Source of the DNA: an uncultured Acidobacteriota bacterium
GTDB taxonomy: Bacteria > Acidobacteriota > Terriglobia > UBA7540
NCBI GenBank assembly: GCA_963804995.1
Contig: CAWDSK010000003.1
Span: forward strand, 1,664,001 to 1,728,000
Length of the DNA: 64,000 nucleotides
Direction: 5' to 3'
A program made the translations under genes and the position numbers. The notes under the pieces are model-generated. The model ran no database searches, was not told where the DNA came from, and was given only the letters and a program-made list of their open reading frames with translations. Shown here one piece after another: positions 51,161 to 62,503 of the stretch (position 1 is the first letter of the stretch; each line of letters opens with the position of its first letter).

Positions 51161-51251
51161 AGGCCTCTCCCTAAAGGAAGTGACTAGAGTAGCAACCAGA
51201 GACAAGTGACGGGCAATCCTTTCTGCTTGTCACTCGTCACGTGTCACAGTC

Positions 51252-51440
51252 CTACGGCTTCACGCCGATCTTCCGCAGGAAGGTCATCATCGGGCACCAG
51301 TTCGTAAAGGCCGACTGGAGCAGATTGAGTCCCACGAAAGCTGTAAAGAGATACCATTTCGGGCTTACCCAGTAACCCAAGGCCAGGGAAGCCAGAACAA
51401 ACGATCCTGCAACCATCCGTAACCATCGATTCAAATCCAT
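51252..51440 (-). CDS. DUF2892 (YgaP-like) membrane protein
   Basis: FTAFVGLNLLQSAFTNWCPM. RBS GAGGAGG. Confidence 0.9.
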   Translation of the reverse strand: MDLNRWLRMVAGSFVLASLALGYWVSPKWYLFTAFVGLNLLQSAFTNWCPMMTFLRKIGVKP

Positions 51441-51492
51441 GATGTTTCCTCCTCAGTGTTATGTGAAAGCGGGCAACCGTTGCTATCGCCGA

Positions 51493-54400
51493 TCACGGCG
51501 CCACACTTTCGCCGGCAGATTTTTTCTCTTCGTTCCGCGCGTTCAGGTAAAAGAGCACCGGCACCGCCATGCGCGAAAGGAATGTCGATGCCACCTCGCC
51601 CGCCATCAAAGAAATCGCGAGCCCCTGAAAGATCGGATCAAAAAGGATGACGAAAGCCCCGGCCACCACCGCTGCTGCCGTTAACAGCATGGGCCGGAAG
51701 CGGATGGCGCCGGCGTCCACCACGGCTTCCGCGAGCGCCATCCCTTGCTTGCGGCGTAGTTCGATGAAGTCCACCAGGATGATGGAATTACGCACAATGA
51801 TTCCTGCCCCGGCAATGAAGCCGATGATGGTGGTCGCCGTCAGAAACGCGCCCATCAAGGCGTGCGCAGGAATGATTCCGATAAGTGTGAGCGGGATCGG
51901 CGCCATGATCACCAGTGGGATTCGGAAGGATTGGAACCACGCCACCACGATGACGTAGATCAGTACGAGGACGACGGCGAATGCAAATCCCAGGTCGCGG
52001 AAGACTTCGTAGGTGATTTGCCACTCCCCGTCCCACTTCATGCTTACCTGGTCGGTGAGGAACGGCAGGTGCGTGGCGTAGCGCTCAACGGAGTAACCGC
52101 CGGGGCCGTGGATCTTGTCGAGCGACTTGGAGAGGCTGAGAATCGCATACACCGGACTTTCCTCTTTCCCTGCCACGTCGCCCGTCACGTACACGACGCG
52201 CTTCAAATTCTTGTGATAGATGGAGGTTTCGATCGAGCCGGTCTCAACATGGGTCAACTCGCCGAGCGGCACGAGAGCGCCGGTGGTAGACGCCACACGA
52301 ATTTCACCGAGGCCGGTCGGGCTGCTGCGGTCCGCCCGGGGAACTTCCAGCACGATGTCGACGTCTTCTTTCTCTTTGGGCTGATGCGCCAGGCCAACCA
52401 CCGCGCCGCTTACGGCCAGGCGCAGCGTTTGCGCTATCTGGTCAGCGGAGACGCCCGCCAGCGCCGCCTTCTCTTTATCCAGCACAAAGCGGTATTGCGG
52501 CTGGGGTGCCTCCACGGTCCAATCCACGTCCACTACGCCGGGAGTCTTCTTGAATTCGTCGCGAATCTGCCTCGCAATATCAATCTGCTGGGTGTATTCA
52601 GGGCCATAAACTTCCGCCACCAGGGTCTGATACACCGGTGGGCCGGGGGGAATTTCCGCCACTTTCAGTTTGGCCCCGTATTTCTCCCCAATGGGCACAA
52701 TGGCGTCGCGCACCCGCTTGGAGATATCGTGGCTTTGCGCGGAACGCTCTTCCTTGGGGAGCAGGTTCACCTGAATGTCCGCCTCGTTTGCTCCTTGCCG
52801 CAAGAAATAGTGACGCACCAGCCCGTTGAAGTTATAAGGACTGGCCGTGCCCGCATACACCTGGTAATTGACCACCTCCGGCTCCTGGGCCACGCGGCGC
52901 GCCACCTCACGCGCCACGCGCGTTGTCTGCTCGAGCGTTGTCCCCTCCGGCATGTCGATGATCACCTGGAACTCGCTCTTGTTGTCGAAGGGAAGCATCT
53001 TGACGCGCACAATCTTGAGAAGCGGAAGTGTGAACACGGACAGAAGCAGGAGCACTACTCCCACCAGGAACATGGTACGCTTGCGCGCATCGATGAGCAG
53101 CGGCATCATCAGCCGCCGGTAGAAACGGGTCGTCCAGCCTTCCTGCCCCTCTTCGCTTTCCCCGTGACCGGCTTTTGCGTTCGCGAGCATGCGCAGCGCC
53201 GCCCAGGGAGAAATGATGAAGGCGATGAAAAGCGAGAACAACATGGCGAGTGACGCACCGATGGGAATGGGCCGCATGTAGGGTCCCATCAGTCCGCCGA
53301 CAAACGCCATGGGCAGGATGGCGGCGATGACGGTCCAGGTGGCGAGGGTGGTGGGATTGCCAACTTCATCCACCGCCTCCACCGCGACGTCCGCCAGGGG
53401 ACGCCCTTTATTTTCCGGGAGGTGGAAGTGCCGGGTGATGTTCTCCACCACCACAATGGCGTCGTCCACCAAGATGCCAATGGAGAAGATCAGCGCGAAA
53501 AGGGTGACGCGGTTCAGCGTGTAGCCATAGATGAAATAGATGAACAAGGTCAGTGCCAGGGTGACTGGCACGGCAGCGAGCACCACCATCGAAGACCGCC
53601 ATCCGAGTGCCAGGGCAATCAGCAGGGTTACGGACAGGGTGGCGAGCAGAAGGTGCTTCAATAATTCGTTGGATTTTTCCTGGGCTGTCGCGCCGTAATT
53701 CCGCGTGATCGTCACTTCGACACCAGATGGAATCAAAGTCCCTTTCAGACTTTGCACTTTTTCGATGGCGCGCTCGGCAACTACCACAGCGTTCTTACCC
53801 TTGCGCTTGGAAACGGTGAGCGTGACGGCTGGCGACTCTCCCAGGGAGCCGGCTGATTTCACCTTGGCTCCAGCGCCTGTGCCGAAGAGGACGTAGTTGG
53901 CGGGCTCCTCTGGGCCATCACGAATCTCGGCCACATCGCGCAGATAGACCGGGCGGCCGGAGGATGCACCCACCACCACGCCCCCCACGTCGTCGGCGTT
54001 GCGGAGGAAGTCGCCGGTCTCGACGTCGTACTCCTCATTGGCCGCCGCAAACTCACCGACCTGAAGGCGCTGGTTGGCTCGGCCGATCGTACCCATGAGC
54101 GCGGCGGGAGCAACGCCATAACCAGCCATCCGGCTGGGATTGAGCAGCACGCGAATCTGCCGCCGTTCGCCGCCGATCACCTTTGTTTCCGAGACATCAT
54201 CAATGCTCTTGATCTCGCGATCCACTTCGCTGGCCACGCGGCGCAGCGTGTAGCTGTCGTAGCGGTTGCTCCAGAAAGTGAGCGCCAGAATGGGAACGTC
54301 ATCGATGGAGCGGGGCTTGATGATCGGCTTCGAGGCGCCGGGCGGAATCTGGTCGAAGTGTGAATAGAGTTTGTTGTAGAGCTTGATGATGGAGTCTTCT

Positions 54401-54726
54401 TCTTTTTCGCCCACCTTGAACCGCACGATGGCCATGCTGAGCCCCGGCCGCGTGGTGGAGTAGACGTACTCGACGCCGGGGATCTCCCAAATGAGCTTTT
54501 CCATCGGCGTGGTGACGCGCTGCTCAACTTCCTGCGCGGAGGAGCCGGGCATCTCCACGAAAACGTCCATCATGGGAACGACGATTTGTGGCTCTTCCTC
54601 GCGGGGCGTCTGAAGCACGGCAAACGCTCCCAGCAAGATCGAAAACACCATGATGAGCGGGGTGAGCTTGGAGTTGATGAAGTAGTGGGCGATGCGCCCG
54701 GCGAAGCCGAGCTGGCGCGCGCTCAT
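51493..54726 (-). CDS. RND efflux permease (AcrB/AcrD/AcrF family)
   Basis: [40 protein letters not shown]. Confidence 0.95.
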   Translation of the reverse strand: MSARQLGFAGRIAHYFINSKLTPLIMVFSILLGAFAVLQTPREEEPQIVVPMMDVFVEMPGSSAQEVEQRVTTPMEKLIWEIPGVEYVYSTTRPGLSMAIVRFKVGEKEEDSIIKLYNKLYSHFDQIPPGASKPIIKPRSIDDVPILALTFWSNRYDSYTLRRVASEVDREIKSIDDVSETKVIGGERRQIRVLLNPSRMAGYGVAPAALMGTIGRANQRLQVGEFAAANEEYDVETGDFLRNADDVGGVVVGASSGRPVYLRDVAEIRDGPEEPANYVLFGTGAGAKVKSAGSLGESPAVTLTVSKRKGKNAVVVAERAIEKVQSLKGTLIPSGVEVTITRNYGATAQEKSNELLKHLLLATLSVTLLIALALGWRSSMVVLAAVPVTLALTLFIYFIYGYTLNRVTLFALIFSIGILVDDAIVVVENITRHFHLPENKGRPLADVAVEAVDEVGNPTTLATWTVIAAILPMAFVGGLMGPYMRPIPIGASLAMLFSLFIAFIISPWAALRMLANAKAGHGESEEGQEGWTTRFYRRLMMPLLIDARKRTMFLVGVVLLLLSVFTLPLLKIVRVKMLPFDNKSEFQVIIDMPEGTTLEQTTRVAREVARRVAQEPEVVNYQVYAGTASPYNFNGLVRHYFLRQGANEADIQVNLLPKEERSAQSHDISKRVRDAIVPIGEKYGAKLKVAEIPPGPPVYQTLVAEVYGPEYTQQIDIARQIRDEFKKTPGVVDVDWTVEAPQPQYRFVLDKEKAALAGVSADQIAQTLRLAVSGAVVGLAHQPKEKEDVDIVLEVPRADRSSPTGLGEIRVASTTGALVPLGELTHVETGSIETSIYHKNLKRVVYVTGDVAGKEESPVYAILSLSKSLDKIHGPGGYSVERYATHLPFLTDQVSMKWDGEWQITYEVFRDLGFAFAVVLVLIYVIVVAWFQSFRIPLVIMAPIPLTLIGIIPAHALMGAFLTATTIIGFIAGAGIIVRNSIILVDFIELRRKQGMALAEAVVDAGAIRFRPMLLTAAAVVAGAFVILFDPIFQGLAISLMAGEVASTFLSRMAVPVLFYLNARNEEKKSAGESVAP

Positions 54727-55874
54727 AGTCCCTCCAGGCGCGCGCCGTCACGCAGGCGATCGATCTGGGAAACGGCAACCTTCTCCCCCGCGGCGAGGCC
54801 GGAGAGAATCTCCACCTGGTTCCCAAAAGTCTTTCCTGTTTTCACCAGCCGGTATTCAACTTTGCCATCCGCGCCCACGACGAAAATTCCCTGCAACTCG
54901 CCGTGGTCTACCACCGCCGAACTGGGCACCGCCAAGCCTTTTGTTTCCCCAATGGGGAAGCTTGCCTGCCCGTATTCGCCGGAGCGGCAATTGCAATCGG
55001 GGGGAAGATCGATCTTCACCAGGAACGTGTGGCTGCTCACCTCCGCGACCGGGACGACCTCGGCAACGCGCCCTTCGAATTGGCCATGCTCGGTCGAGAC
55101 GGAGACGTTGTCGCCGGCTTTAGCATAGGGGACATACTCCTCCGGAAGGCTTGCTTCCAGACGATATCGTGCTGTGTCCTCCACCGTCAGCACCGGCGTG
55201 CCGGGCATCACCACTGTCCCCGCATCTACCGATTTCGCGGTCACGATTCCGTCGAGGGGTGAAACGATGCGCGAGTAGCTGAGGTAGGTCTGCGCGGAAT
55301 CCCGTTGCGAGCGGGCCTGCTGCTGGCGAGCCTTAATCTGCTGCGTTCTTGCTTCCATGGAGCGTTCGTTGGCGAGTGCCGACTGGTAGCGTGCCTCTGC
55401 TCCATCGAATTCCTGGCGGCTCAATGAGTTCTTGGCGAGCAAAGCCTTGTAGCGGTTAAGAGTTGCTTCCGCAAACTGCCGGTCGGCGGTGGCGGCCTTG
55501 AGGGCCTGATCGACTTCCGCCCCTCCCTGGATCGCTTCATTCACGCCCGCCTCCGCCCCTTGTACCTGCGCCTGTGGCCCGCGGTCGTCGAGCACGGCGA
55601 GAAGTTGGCCGCGCTTTACGCGATCGCCGGCTTGCACGCGGACCTCGCGGACGGTGCCGGCCAATTGCGCTGCCAGGATCGCGGTCGAGGCGGAACGGAT
55701 TGCGCCGACTGCCTGGTATAGCTGAGGGGCGGACTCTAGATGCACGATTTCTGTCTGCACTCCGCTGACCACCGGTCCAGGCTCTGCCAGAGGTTTTTCA
55801 TTGGAACTACAAGCGGCAAGAGACCCCGCTGCGGTGGTGATGATAAGTACGGAAAGGATTCTCTTTCGATGCAT
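54723..55874 (-). CDS. RND periplasmic adaptor (MFP), lipoprotein
   Basis: Lipobox LAAC, lipoyl half-motifs [10 protein letters not shown] and SPLDGIV, EILSGL. Confidence 0.92.
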   Translation of the reverse strand: MHRKRILSVLIITTAAGSLAACSSNEKPLAEPGPVVSGVQTEIVHLESAPQLYQAVGAIRSASTAILAAQLAGTVREVRVQAGDRVKRGQLLAVLDDRGPQAQVQGAEAGVNEAIQGGAEVDQALKAATADRQFAEATLNRYKALLAKNSLSRQEFDGAEARYQSALANERSMEARTQQIKARQQQARSQRDSAQTYLSYSRIVSPLDGIVTAKSVDAGTVVMPGTPVLTVEDTARYRLEASLPEEYVPYAKAGDNVSVSTEHGQFEGRVAEVVPVAEVSSHTFLVKIDLPPDCNCRSGEYGQASFPIGETKGLAVPSSAVVDHGELQGIFVVGADGKVEYRLVKTGKTFGNQVEILSGLAAGEKVAVSQIDRLRDGARLEGL

Positions 55875-55909
55875 AAGTATTTCGTCCTTTGTAGACTGTG
55901 GCTGACGCC

Positions 55910-57283
55910 CTATTGGGTGACGGCGGGTGAATCGGGCGCCAGCTCGCCCGTAGCCAATTCCAACGCTGCATAGCTGATTCGATAATCGAACAAGGCGTTC
56001 AAGTAGTTCTTTTGGGCGCTGGTGCGCGCGGCTTCCACTCGCAATAAATCCGTGATGGTTGCCAAGCCCGCTTCATAGCGATTCTGGATGATGCGCAGGC
56101 TTTCCTCGGCCTCCGACTGCGCCTGGCGTGAGACTTCCACGCGCTGCTGCGCGGTGGTCAGATTCTGGAAGGCCTCGCGCACCTGAAGTTTGACGGCGGC
56201 AGCCATTTGCGCCGACTGGGCTTGCGCCTGGCTTTGGCGGTAGTGGGCTGCCGCCAGGCGAGCCCGATTCGCTCCGCCATCGAAAATATTGAAGTTGAGG
56301 TTGACGCCCGCCGTCCAGTTATTGCCTCCTCGCGTGAGAAACGTCTGGTTATCCTCTTCCCACGAACTAAACACGTTCACCTTGGGCAGGAACTCGGCTC
56401 GGGCCATGCGTGAGCCGATGGTGGCGTGCTCAACTCCCAGGTCGGCTTCGCGAAGGTCCGGCCGGCTTTTCAGTGCATGCTGTTGGCGCTCGGCAAGTAC
56501 GCCGGCTTCAAAGATTGATTCCTTGAGTCCTGATTCAATAGTGGTTGCGGCGTCCTCCGGTAACCCCATGGCCACATTGAGCGCGGCATGGGCAAGGTCG
56601 ACGGCATTATTCGCTTGCAGCAAATCCTCCTGGGCCTGAGCCAGTTGCACCTGCGCGCTCAGGAGGTCGGAAGGAACCGCTTGGCCTTCTTCCTGCCGTG
56701 CCTGGGCCCGATGGAGGTCCGATTGCGCGGTCTTGACTGCCGCTTCCGCCACGCGTGCGTTCTCCCGGGCCAGTAGTTCGTCCGTGTAGGCTTTCACGAC
56801 GCCGAAAATCACTTCCTGTCGCGTGCGCTGGCCCGTTTCACCGGCACCCTGCGCACTCAGTTTTGCGTCCTTGATTCGGCGGCCGATCTGGCCGGCATCG
56901 TACAAGGGCAGCGCCGCGGTGAATTGAGTGCGGAAATTGTTAAGGGGCGGGGGGGTGTTGAGAAAGCCCAGGTCAAAATTCGTGGCCGTGAATTGCCGTT
57001 GGGTCAGCAATGCCCCAAAAACGTAAACGGGATTATTGCCGCGCGTGAATCCTTCGGAAAAATCCACACGCGGCAATCGCGCCGCCCTGGCTTCGGCAAT
57101 CCCCTCATGGACGGCCTGAGCGTAGGCAACCGCAGCTTGCACCGTGGGGTTCTTCTCCAGCGCCATGCGGACGGCCTCTGGGAGCGTCAGGTTCTGTGGC
57201 GTCGGTGGAGGTGACTGGGCGCTGGCCAGCAGGGAAGAGCAAATGATTGCCATGACCGTTCGAGCTAAATTCGTCCGTGCCAT
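55910..57283 (-). CDS. TolC family outer membrane protein
   Basis: LTLPEAVRMALEKNP, PLYDAG, IFDGG, RYEAGL. Confidence 0.92.
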   Translation of the reverse strand: MARTNLARTVMAIICSSLLASAQSPPPTPQNLTLPEAVRMALEKNPTVQAAVAYAQAVHEGIAEARAARLPRVDFSEGFTRGNNPVYVFGALLTQRQFTATNFDLGFLNTPPPLNNFRTQFTAALPLYDAGQIGRRIKDAKLSAQGAGETGQRTRQEVIFGVVKAYTDELLARENARVAEAAVKTAQSDLHRAQARQEEGQAVPSDLLSAQVQLAQAQEDLLQANNAVDLAHAALNVAMGLPEDAATTIESGLKESIFEAGVLAERQQHALKSRPDLREADLGVEHATIGSRMARAEFLPKVNVFSSWEEDNQTFLTRGGNNWTAGVNLNFNIFDGGANRARLAAAHYRQSQAQAQSAQMAAAVKLQVREAFQNLTTAQQRVEVSRQAQSEAEESLRIIQNRYEAGLATITDLLRVEAARTSAQKNYLNALFDYRISYAALELATGELAPDSPAVTQ

Positions 57284-57729
57284 CAGGCTGCCTCAATATG
57301 GTTTTCCGGGCTTTCTTCCGGGAGGATTTCAAACGTGGTTTCGAGTTTGGCAGTCTTTGCAATCATGGCGCCGACCGCGCAGTACTTGGTTTCCGATAGG
57401 TGAATGGCAGCCTTTACCGCCTCCGGATCGATGTGGCCGCGGAGTTTGTGCTTGATTTCTACGCGGGTGAAATAGGCGGGCGGTTCGGGGTTTTGGTCCG
57501 CGCGCAACTCGATTTCGTAACCGGTCACCGTCTGCCGTTTCTTCCGCAGAATGCCAATCACGTCGAAGGCTGTGCAGCCTTCCAATGCCAGAAGCGCGAG
57601 CTCGATCGGTTTGGGGGCGCTGTGGCCGTCCGCGTCGTCCATGACGAGCGCGTGGCCCGTGCCCGATTGCGCCACAAACTGGCGGCCGGCGCCTTCGACG
57701 GTAGTTAGACGTAATTTTCCTTCAATCAT
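57283..57729 (-). CDS. OsmC family protein (YhfA-like)
   Basis: PKPIELALLALEGCT and KYCAV, the two conserved Cys. Confidence 0.9.
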   Translation of the reverse strand: MIEGKLRLTTVEGAGRQFVAQSGTGHALVMDDADGHSAPKPIELALLALEGCTAFDVIGILRKKRQTVTGYEIELRADQNPEPPAYFTRVEIKHKLRGHIDPEAVKAAIHLSETKYCAVGAMIAKTAKLETTFEILPEESPENHIEAA

Positions 57730-58543
57730 GGGTCACCTCAAGATTCAGAATGCTCTGCTCGCAGCCATCCGTTGCGAGGGCTGGAAGCCAGTCCTCTTGC
57801 GGCAAGGCGAGCAGGGTTTCAAACTCCTTCATAGCTTGCTCATAGATCTCTATCGCGTCGTGGGCATCGCGGCTGGAGATCTGCCAATAATCCCAACCCG
57901 CGGCCAGACGTGAGCAATCCGGACTAACCGTGAAATATCGGTCGATGATGGCCGGCTGGTATTGGGCAAAGCACTCTTCGAAGCGTGCGAACAACTGGGC
58001 ATCCATCAAGAATCGCCCGGCAAGTTGGGCCTCGAGCGACCGGGCGGCCTCCGCGACGGTGCTACGCGAGAGAACCATTTGCACGATGGCGCGGAGCAGG
58101 TTAATACTCTCCGAAAACCGGCCATCATTAACCCGGAGGCTGTCCTCCACATGTTCGACTTTCCACCCCGATGCTCGGAGGGAGGCGGAGACTTCCCGGG
58201 CAAAAATCTCGGTGTCCACTGTCGCGAAAGCACGGCGGATGCACCGCTCGACCTGCTCCCCGAGTTGGCCCGCCCAGTCACGCAGACTCTCAATCTCCGC
58301 CAGCCCGTAAGCGTCTCTCTGGATCAGGTAAACCGCGCGCGTGCGGGCGAGATGGGGAATGAAGGGTTTGACCGACCGAAAATCCTCAGGGTCACATGCG
58401 ACATGACATTGTGTCCGGTCCGCGGCCTCGCGCACCACGGCGTAGTAGCCTTCTTCAACTCTTTCTATGCGCGTGGTTGGGGAAGAATCGACGGCATCGA
58501 GCAGCCGCAACCAGATTTCTTGAACTCGCGAGTTCACTTGCAT
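57722..58543 (-). CDS. Hypothetical protein (273 aa), first gene of the OsmC-TolC-RND operon
   Basis: RBS GAGGT before the ATG at 58543. Stop overlaps the osmC start by 8 nt. Confidence 0.7.
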   Translation of the reverse strand: MQVNSRVQEIWLRLLDAVDSSPTTRIERVEEGYYAVVREAADRTQCHVACDPEDFRSVKPFIPHLARTRAVYLIQRDAYGLAEIESLRDWAGQLGEQVERCIRRAFATVDTEIFAREVSASLRASGWKVEHVEDSLRVNDGRFSESINLLRAIVQMVLSRSTVAEAARSLEAQLAGRFLMDAQLFARFEECFAQYQPAIIDRYFTVSPDCSRLAAGWDYWQISSRDAHDAIEIYEQAMKEFETLLALPQEDWLPALATDGCEQSILNLEVTHD

Positions 58544-58810
58544 TTCGCTTACCTCATACCCATAAATGCAATTTGCAGGGAGAGGTGACAGAAAAATTTG
58601 GGGAGCATGTAGGGGGGGCGCGTCAAACTGCCTGCGGAAGAAATGGGGTGCAGTCACCGTGCAGCGGAGTCGCCGGACCAGCATTGATTTCATTGGAGTT
58701 ATGACGATGGTAGAGCAAGGTGTTGGCGACGGAATCGCATTCCCAGTCTGGAAGTGCGATACTACGAATAGCTCGTGATTTCCGTGAGTTTCCTTGGGGG
58801 AATGGACTAG

Positions 58811-59423
58811 GTGAATACTCAAATCGAAGAAGCACTCAAGAGTTTGCAATCCGGGAATCGCCAGGATGCGGAGCGTGCGCTCGAAACCCTGCAAGGGGTC
58901 GTTTACGGATTTGGAATGAAGGTTTGTGGAAGCCACGAGGATGCTCAAGATACAGCCCAGGAAACACTGATCCGCCTGGCGCGACAGCTCAGAGAGTTTC
59001 CTGACGCGCGGGCTTTGTCGGTGTGGCTTTACAAGGTGGCCAAAACCCAGTGCTTGATGAGCCGCCGAAAAAGCAAGTTCGCGCCTGCACAAATGCTCTC
59101 GCTGGATGACTTGATGCCCAAGGAATCCGACCTATCACCTGCAGGTACAAAATTATGGCAGATAACGCCGGAAGAGATTGTCCTAAGACCAGGAATTGCG
59201 GGGCAGGCTGGAAGACGCCATCTTGGCCCTCCCCAAGCATTACCGTCTGGTCTTGATCCTTCGCGATATGGAACAACTTGATACCCGGGAAGTTGCGGAA
59301 GTGATGGGCATTTCGGAAGAAACGACGAAGAAGCGCCTTCAACGGGCGCGCGTCTTCGTTCGCAATGCGCTGGCGGGTTATGCCCGGCATCTGAGTGAAA
59401 GGAAGAGTAAAAGCCATGCCTGA
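58811..59423 (+). CDS. ECF sigma factor with a +1 frameshift near 59189
   Basis: Region 2 DAQDTAQET...WLYKVAKT. Region 4 LPKHYRLVLILRD...EVAEVMGIS...RLQRAR lies in the next frame. Confidence 0.85.
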
Positions 59424-59649
59424 CCGGCGTTGCAAGCACATCTTCGCCATGCTCTCAGACTACCTGAACGCCGAACTTCCGGTGAAGAAATGCCGTGAGC
59501 TGGAGCGCCACCTGAAAGGCTGCGAGCCCTGCATCGCCTACCTCGAAAGCCTGAAAAACACGGTAGAGGCGTGCCGCCGATATCAAGTGCGCAAGGTCCC
59601 TGCTCCCTCAAAGAAAGTGCGGGAAGCTCTGTTGTTAGCTCTTCGGTGA
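59416..59649 (+). CDS. zf-HC2 anti-sigma factor (soluble, 77 aa)
   Basis: LSDYLNAEL...HLKGCEPC (HxxxCxxC). Overlaps the sigma stop codon. Confidence 0.9.
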   Translation: MPDRRCKHIFAMLSDYLNAELPVKKCRELERHLKGCEPCIAYLESLKNTVEACRRYQVRKVPAPSKKVREALLLALR

Positions 59650-59883
59650 ACAGCATCATTCGGAGCCTCGAGACCTTTAATTGACGGCGGCGATGATTCC
59701 CCGTACAGCCTCTATGTCAAATCTGGCTCAGAACGAATGACAGCCTGATCATCGGGGGCAAAAGCTGCCATGTGAACGCCGGGTGGGAGGAGCGATATAG
59801 TTTGAACGGCGACACGGGAAATGACGGATTATATGAAGGGCGGTCCCATGGCAGGCGTTTGACCTGGCGGAGAGGGAGATCTG

Positions 59884-60063
59884 ATGACAACTTATTCGCA
59901 TTCGCCGGACCCTGAAGGAGAAAAGCCACCCTCGTTCGGGATTGGAAAGTTCCTGTTTGTAGTCGTCTTGGCAGTCATTCTTTTTCTCCTTCTCCAAAGC
60001 ATGGTGCATCACCGCTTCTTTAGAGGCGGCCGGGTCAACCGGAAGGGCACCATCGTCCAATAG
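59884..60063 (+). CDS. Small single-TM protein (59 aa)
   Basis: RBS GGAG. MTTYS...KFLFVVVLAVILFLLLQSMVHHRFFRGGRVNRKGTIVQ*. Below the ORF-track cutoff. Confidence 0.65.
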   Translation: MTTYSHSPDPEGEKPPSFGIGKFLFVVVLAVILFLLLQSMVHHRFFRGGRVNRKGTIVQ

Positions 60064-60399
60064 CAGGCACTGAAAAAGTCTTGGTCCCCGCTGCGAATGA
60101 TGCCAAGCTACGTGTTCGTTGGCGTGAAGGTCTTTTGCGAACGGCTCACCCCTCATTCCCGCGCAGATGTGGCCCAAAAGTTTGCGAAGGCGAGCGCGTG
60201 AATCCCACACTCCTTCTTAGCGGAAACCCCAGGAAATCCGAGTACGACGCCCCTTGCCCGTCTTGCGCGCAGATCCCTCTTCGCTCTTGGGCTAGTTTTG
60301 CCCGGGATTTGATGCTACCAACGAAACGGTATGGCTGGGCGTACTTCGAAGGATTGGCTCCCGCTTGCAAATGACGCTGGGAGCATTCATACTCCCACC

Positions 60400-60603
60400 A
60401 TGAGCCTCAAGAGTGCGGCACTCCTGGCATTGATTGGGACAATCCTGCTAACGATTTTGGTATTGGCACATTTCATTTTCACCGTATTGGGGGTCATGCG
60501 TGATGTGATTCCAGCGATGGCCTTGCTGACGGCGCTGATTCATCTGTTCGCGAGCCTCAGTGTGTTGGTGTTCTTTTATGTCTTCTACCGAAAGCAATCC
60601 TGA
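60400..60603 (+). CDS. Small two-TM membrane protein (67 aa)
   Basis: MSLKSAALLALIG... with two hydrophobic helices. Confidence 0.7.
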   Translation: MSLKSAALLALIGTILLTILVLAHFIFTVLGVMRDVIPAMALLTALIHLFASLSVLVFFYVFYRKQS

Positions 60604-60644
60604 TACTCGAAGAGTGCCATAGGAGGGGGCAAGGGTCTGGCACA

Positions 60645-61506
60645 TCAGCGCTGGCGATCCGTGAGTAGGGCGTTGCGGTTTTCTCGCGTCTCGTAGATCT
60701 TGCCGTCTGCGGTGAGCAGGAGACTGCGGTTGCCGGTCTCTTCGAACTCCAGCGGACGCGCGCTGATCGTATACGAGGCCACGCGTTCCTCCTTGAACAC
60801 CGGACGGAATTCGAAGCGATAGCCATTATTGACGCATGACGCCTGCCCACACATCAATGCGGCGTCGATCCTGCCCGAAGACGCCTTCTTGCCTGCTTCC
60901 AACGGCGGAGCCAGTGCGGAGAGCGTAGCCGGGTAACTCGCGTCCTTCAACGTCGTCGCATACAATTCCATCGCGGCGGAGTATTTGCGCAGCGTGTCCA
61001 CGGCTTTGTTTTCGCGCCGCACAATAGGTGGAACATACCAGTTCGGCAAGGTAACGCCCACAACAAGTAACAAGCATGCATAGTAGAGAGTGCTGCGGAG
61101 CAGCGGAGCGCCAAGGGCGATTCTTCCCGAATAAGCGCGTCGGACATAAATCAGTTGCGCGATCTGGATTAGCAGCAGCGCTATAAGGAAGACTAGCATC
61201 GCTACATCGGAACGATGCGCGCGGCGCATGATTCTCAATGTAGTCAATATCGTCGGTACCAGCGCACAAGCAATGACCACGCAGGCAAGCGCCCATCCCC
61301 AGGCCTGCCCTTCGGCTACTGCAAGCCAGCACAAAGACGGCGTACGGAATCGCCAATAGAACCCCATACACGATAAACCCGATTTCGCAGGTGTAGGCAA
61401 TGGCAGAAACGGTTACGGCGAGCGCCGCCAACGCGGCCACGCGGGCCTTGCGCTGGTCGAACACTGCAACTTCTGGCGGACTGCCAATGGTGACGGGATC
61501 AGCCAT
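60645..61506 (-). CDS. Multi-TM protein with C-terminal type IV pilin-like domain, frameshift near 61310
   Basis: Hydrophobic N-terminus, then ENKAVDTLR...YPATLSAL...GYRFEF...YTISARP...TGNRS...DGKI. An extra G in AAGGG splits the frames. Confidence 0.65.
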
Positions 61507-61690
61507 GCTTGTGCTCCAATCTGCACGGGACAAATTGAGCCGCTAAAGCAACTATGCCCTTGGTGCATGCAGCGACGAGAGAGCAATCCCAGGGTTGGGC
61601 GTTCTCCGGGCCGTAACCTACTTTAATCCAAAGGTGGCGCGCCGACTATGGCACTCAACCCAGTCCCCGGGCAACAACTATACTGGTCAG

Positions 61691-62503
61691 ATGAGCGCAG
61701 ATCCGCGTCATGAGACGATTGTCCGGACTTGGGCCTGGCACCTCGTTCGGTTTGCATTGTCGGCAATGCTGCTCTGCCAGGCACAAGGCTATGCACAATC
61801 AGGACCGCAGCCGCCATGCGGAAAGGAACCTGTTCCGCCCTATCCTGGTCTGGATAACTCGGCCGTCGTGAAGTTGTGGAGCACGTCTGATTTCGGCCGC
61901 GACTGGAGACCGCCCGCGTGCACCGGTTGGGCTCAGGTGGGCTTTACAACGTTGGTTACCGCAGTCGCGCGATTTCGGCACACCTCGGGAGCTGGGGGCT
62001 TGCTTCGCCACATCGGGGCAATTTCAGAACTCGCTGGCATGCGCTATTGGTCGACCATCGACAAACAGTGGCAAACACTAATTGTGGATGCCTACGCTCT
62101 CGCCGGCTCGCAGACCGGTCAACGCCGCGGAAACTTTTCACCCGATGAGATGAAGAAAGGCACGGTATTTTACTATGAACAGGTCGATAACCGTTCTGGC
62201 AAAGAGATCTACCGAATGCACATTGCTGAGGCTTCGGCGGACCGGCTCGTTATCGATGTCGAGAATGTCAGCACGATTCGCTATCTCTTCGTGCCCCTCT
62301 TCCACCCGGGAGAGATGCAGTCGATCTACTTTCTGGATCGCGAATCGGAAAATGTCTGGCGATTTTACAGCATCGTGCGCACAGGAAAGAACGCGAACCG
62401 GCTGGTGACGAGAAATGAGTCTTCCGCGGTCAACCGGGCTGTTGCGTTCTATCGCTACCTGGTCGGAATTCCCACCGACCAGGAGCCGCCAGCGGCGCGA
62501 TAA
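61691..62503 (+). CDS. Exported hypothetical protein
   Basis: Signal-like N-terminus and globular 270-aa ORF. Family not recognised with confidence. Confidence 0.65.
   Translation: MSADPRHETIVRTWAWHLVRFALSAMLLCQAQGYAQSGPQPPCGKEPVPPYPGLDNSAVVKLWSTSDFGRDWRPPACTGWAQVGFTTLVTAVARFRHTSGAGGLLRHIGAISELAGMRYWSTIDKQWQTLIVDAYALAGSQTGQRRGNFSPDEMKKGTVFYYEQVDNRSGKEIYRMHIAEASADRLVIDVENVSTIRYLFVPLFHPGEMQSIYFLDRESENVWRFYSIVRTGKNANRLVTRNESSAVNRAVAFYRYLVGIPTDQEPPAAR

Noticed and set aside
58579..58587. GGAGAGGTG match to the tRNA-Ser 5' end as a second att site
   Set aside because: Only 9 bp, and in the opposite orientation to the tRNA.
58544..59092. N-terminal extension of the 456-aa ORF 57722-59092
   Set aside because: It is antisense to the ECF sigma and crosses the promoter region. 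A good RBS supports the start at 58543.
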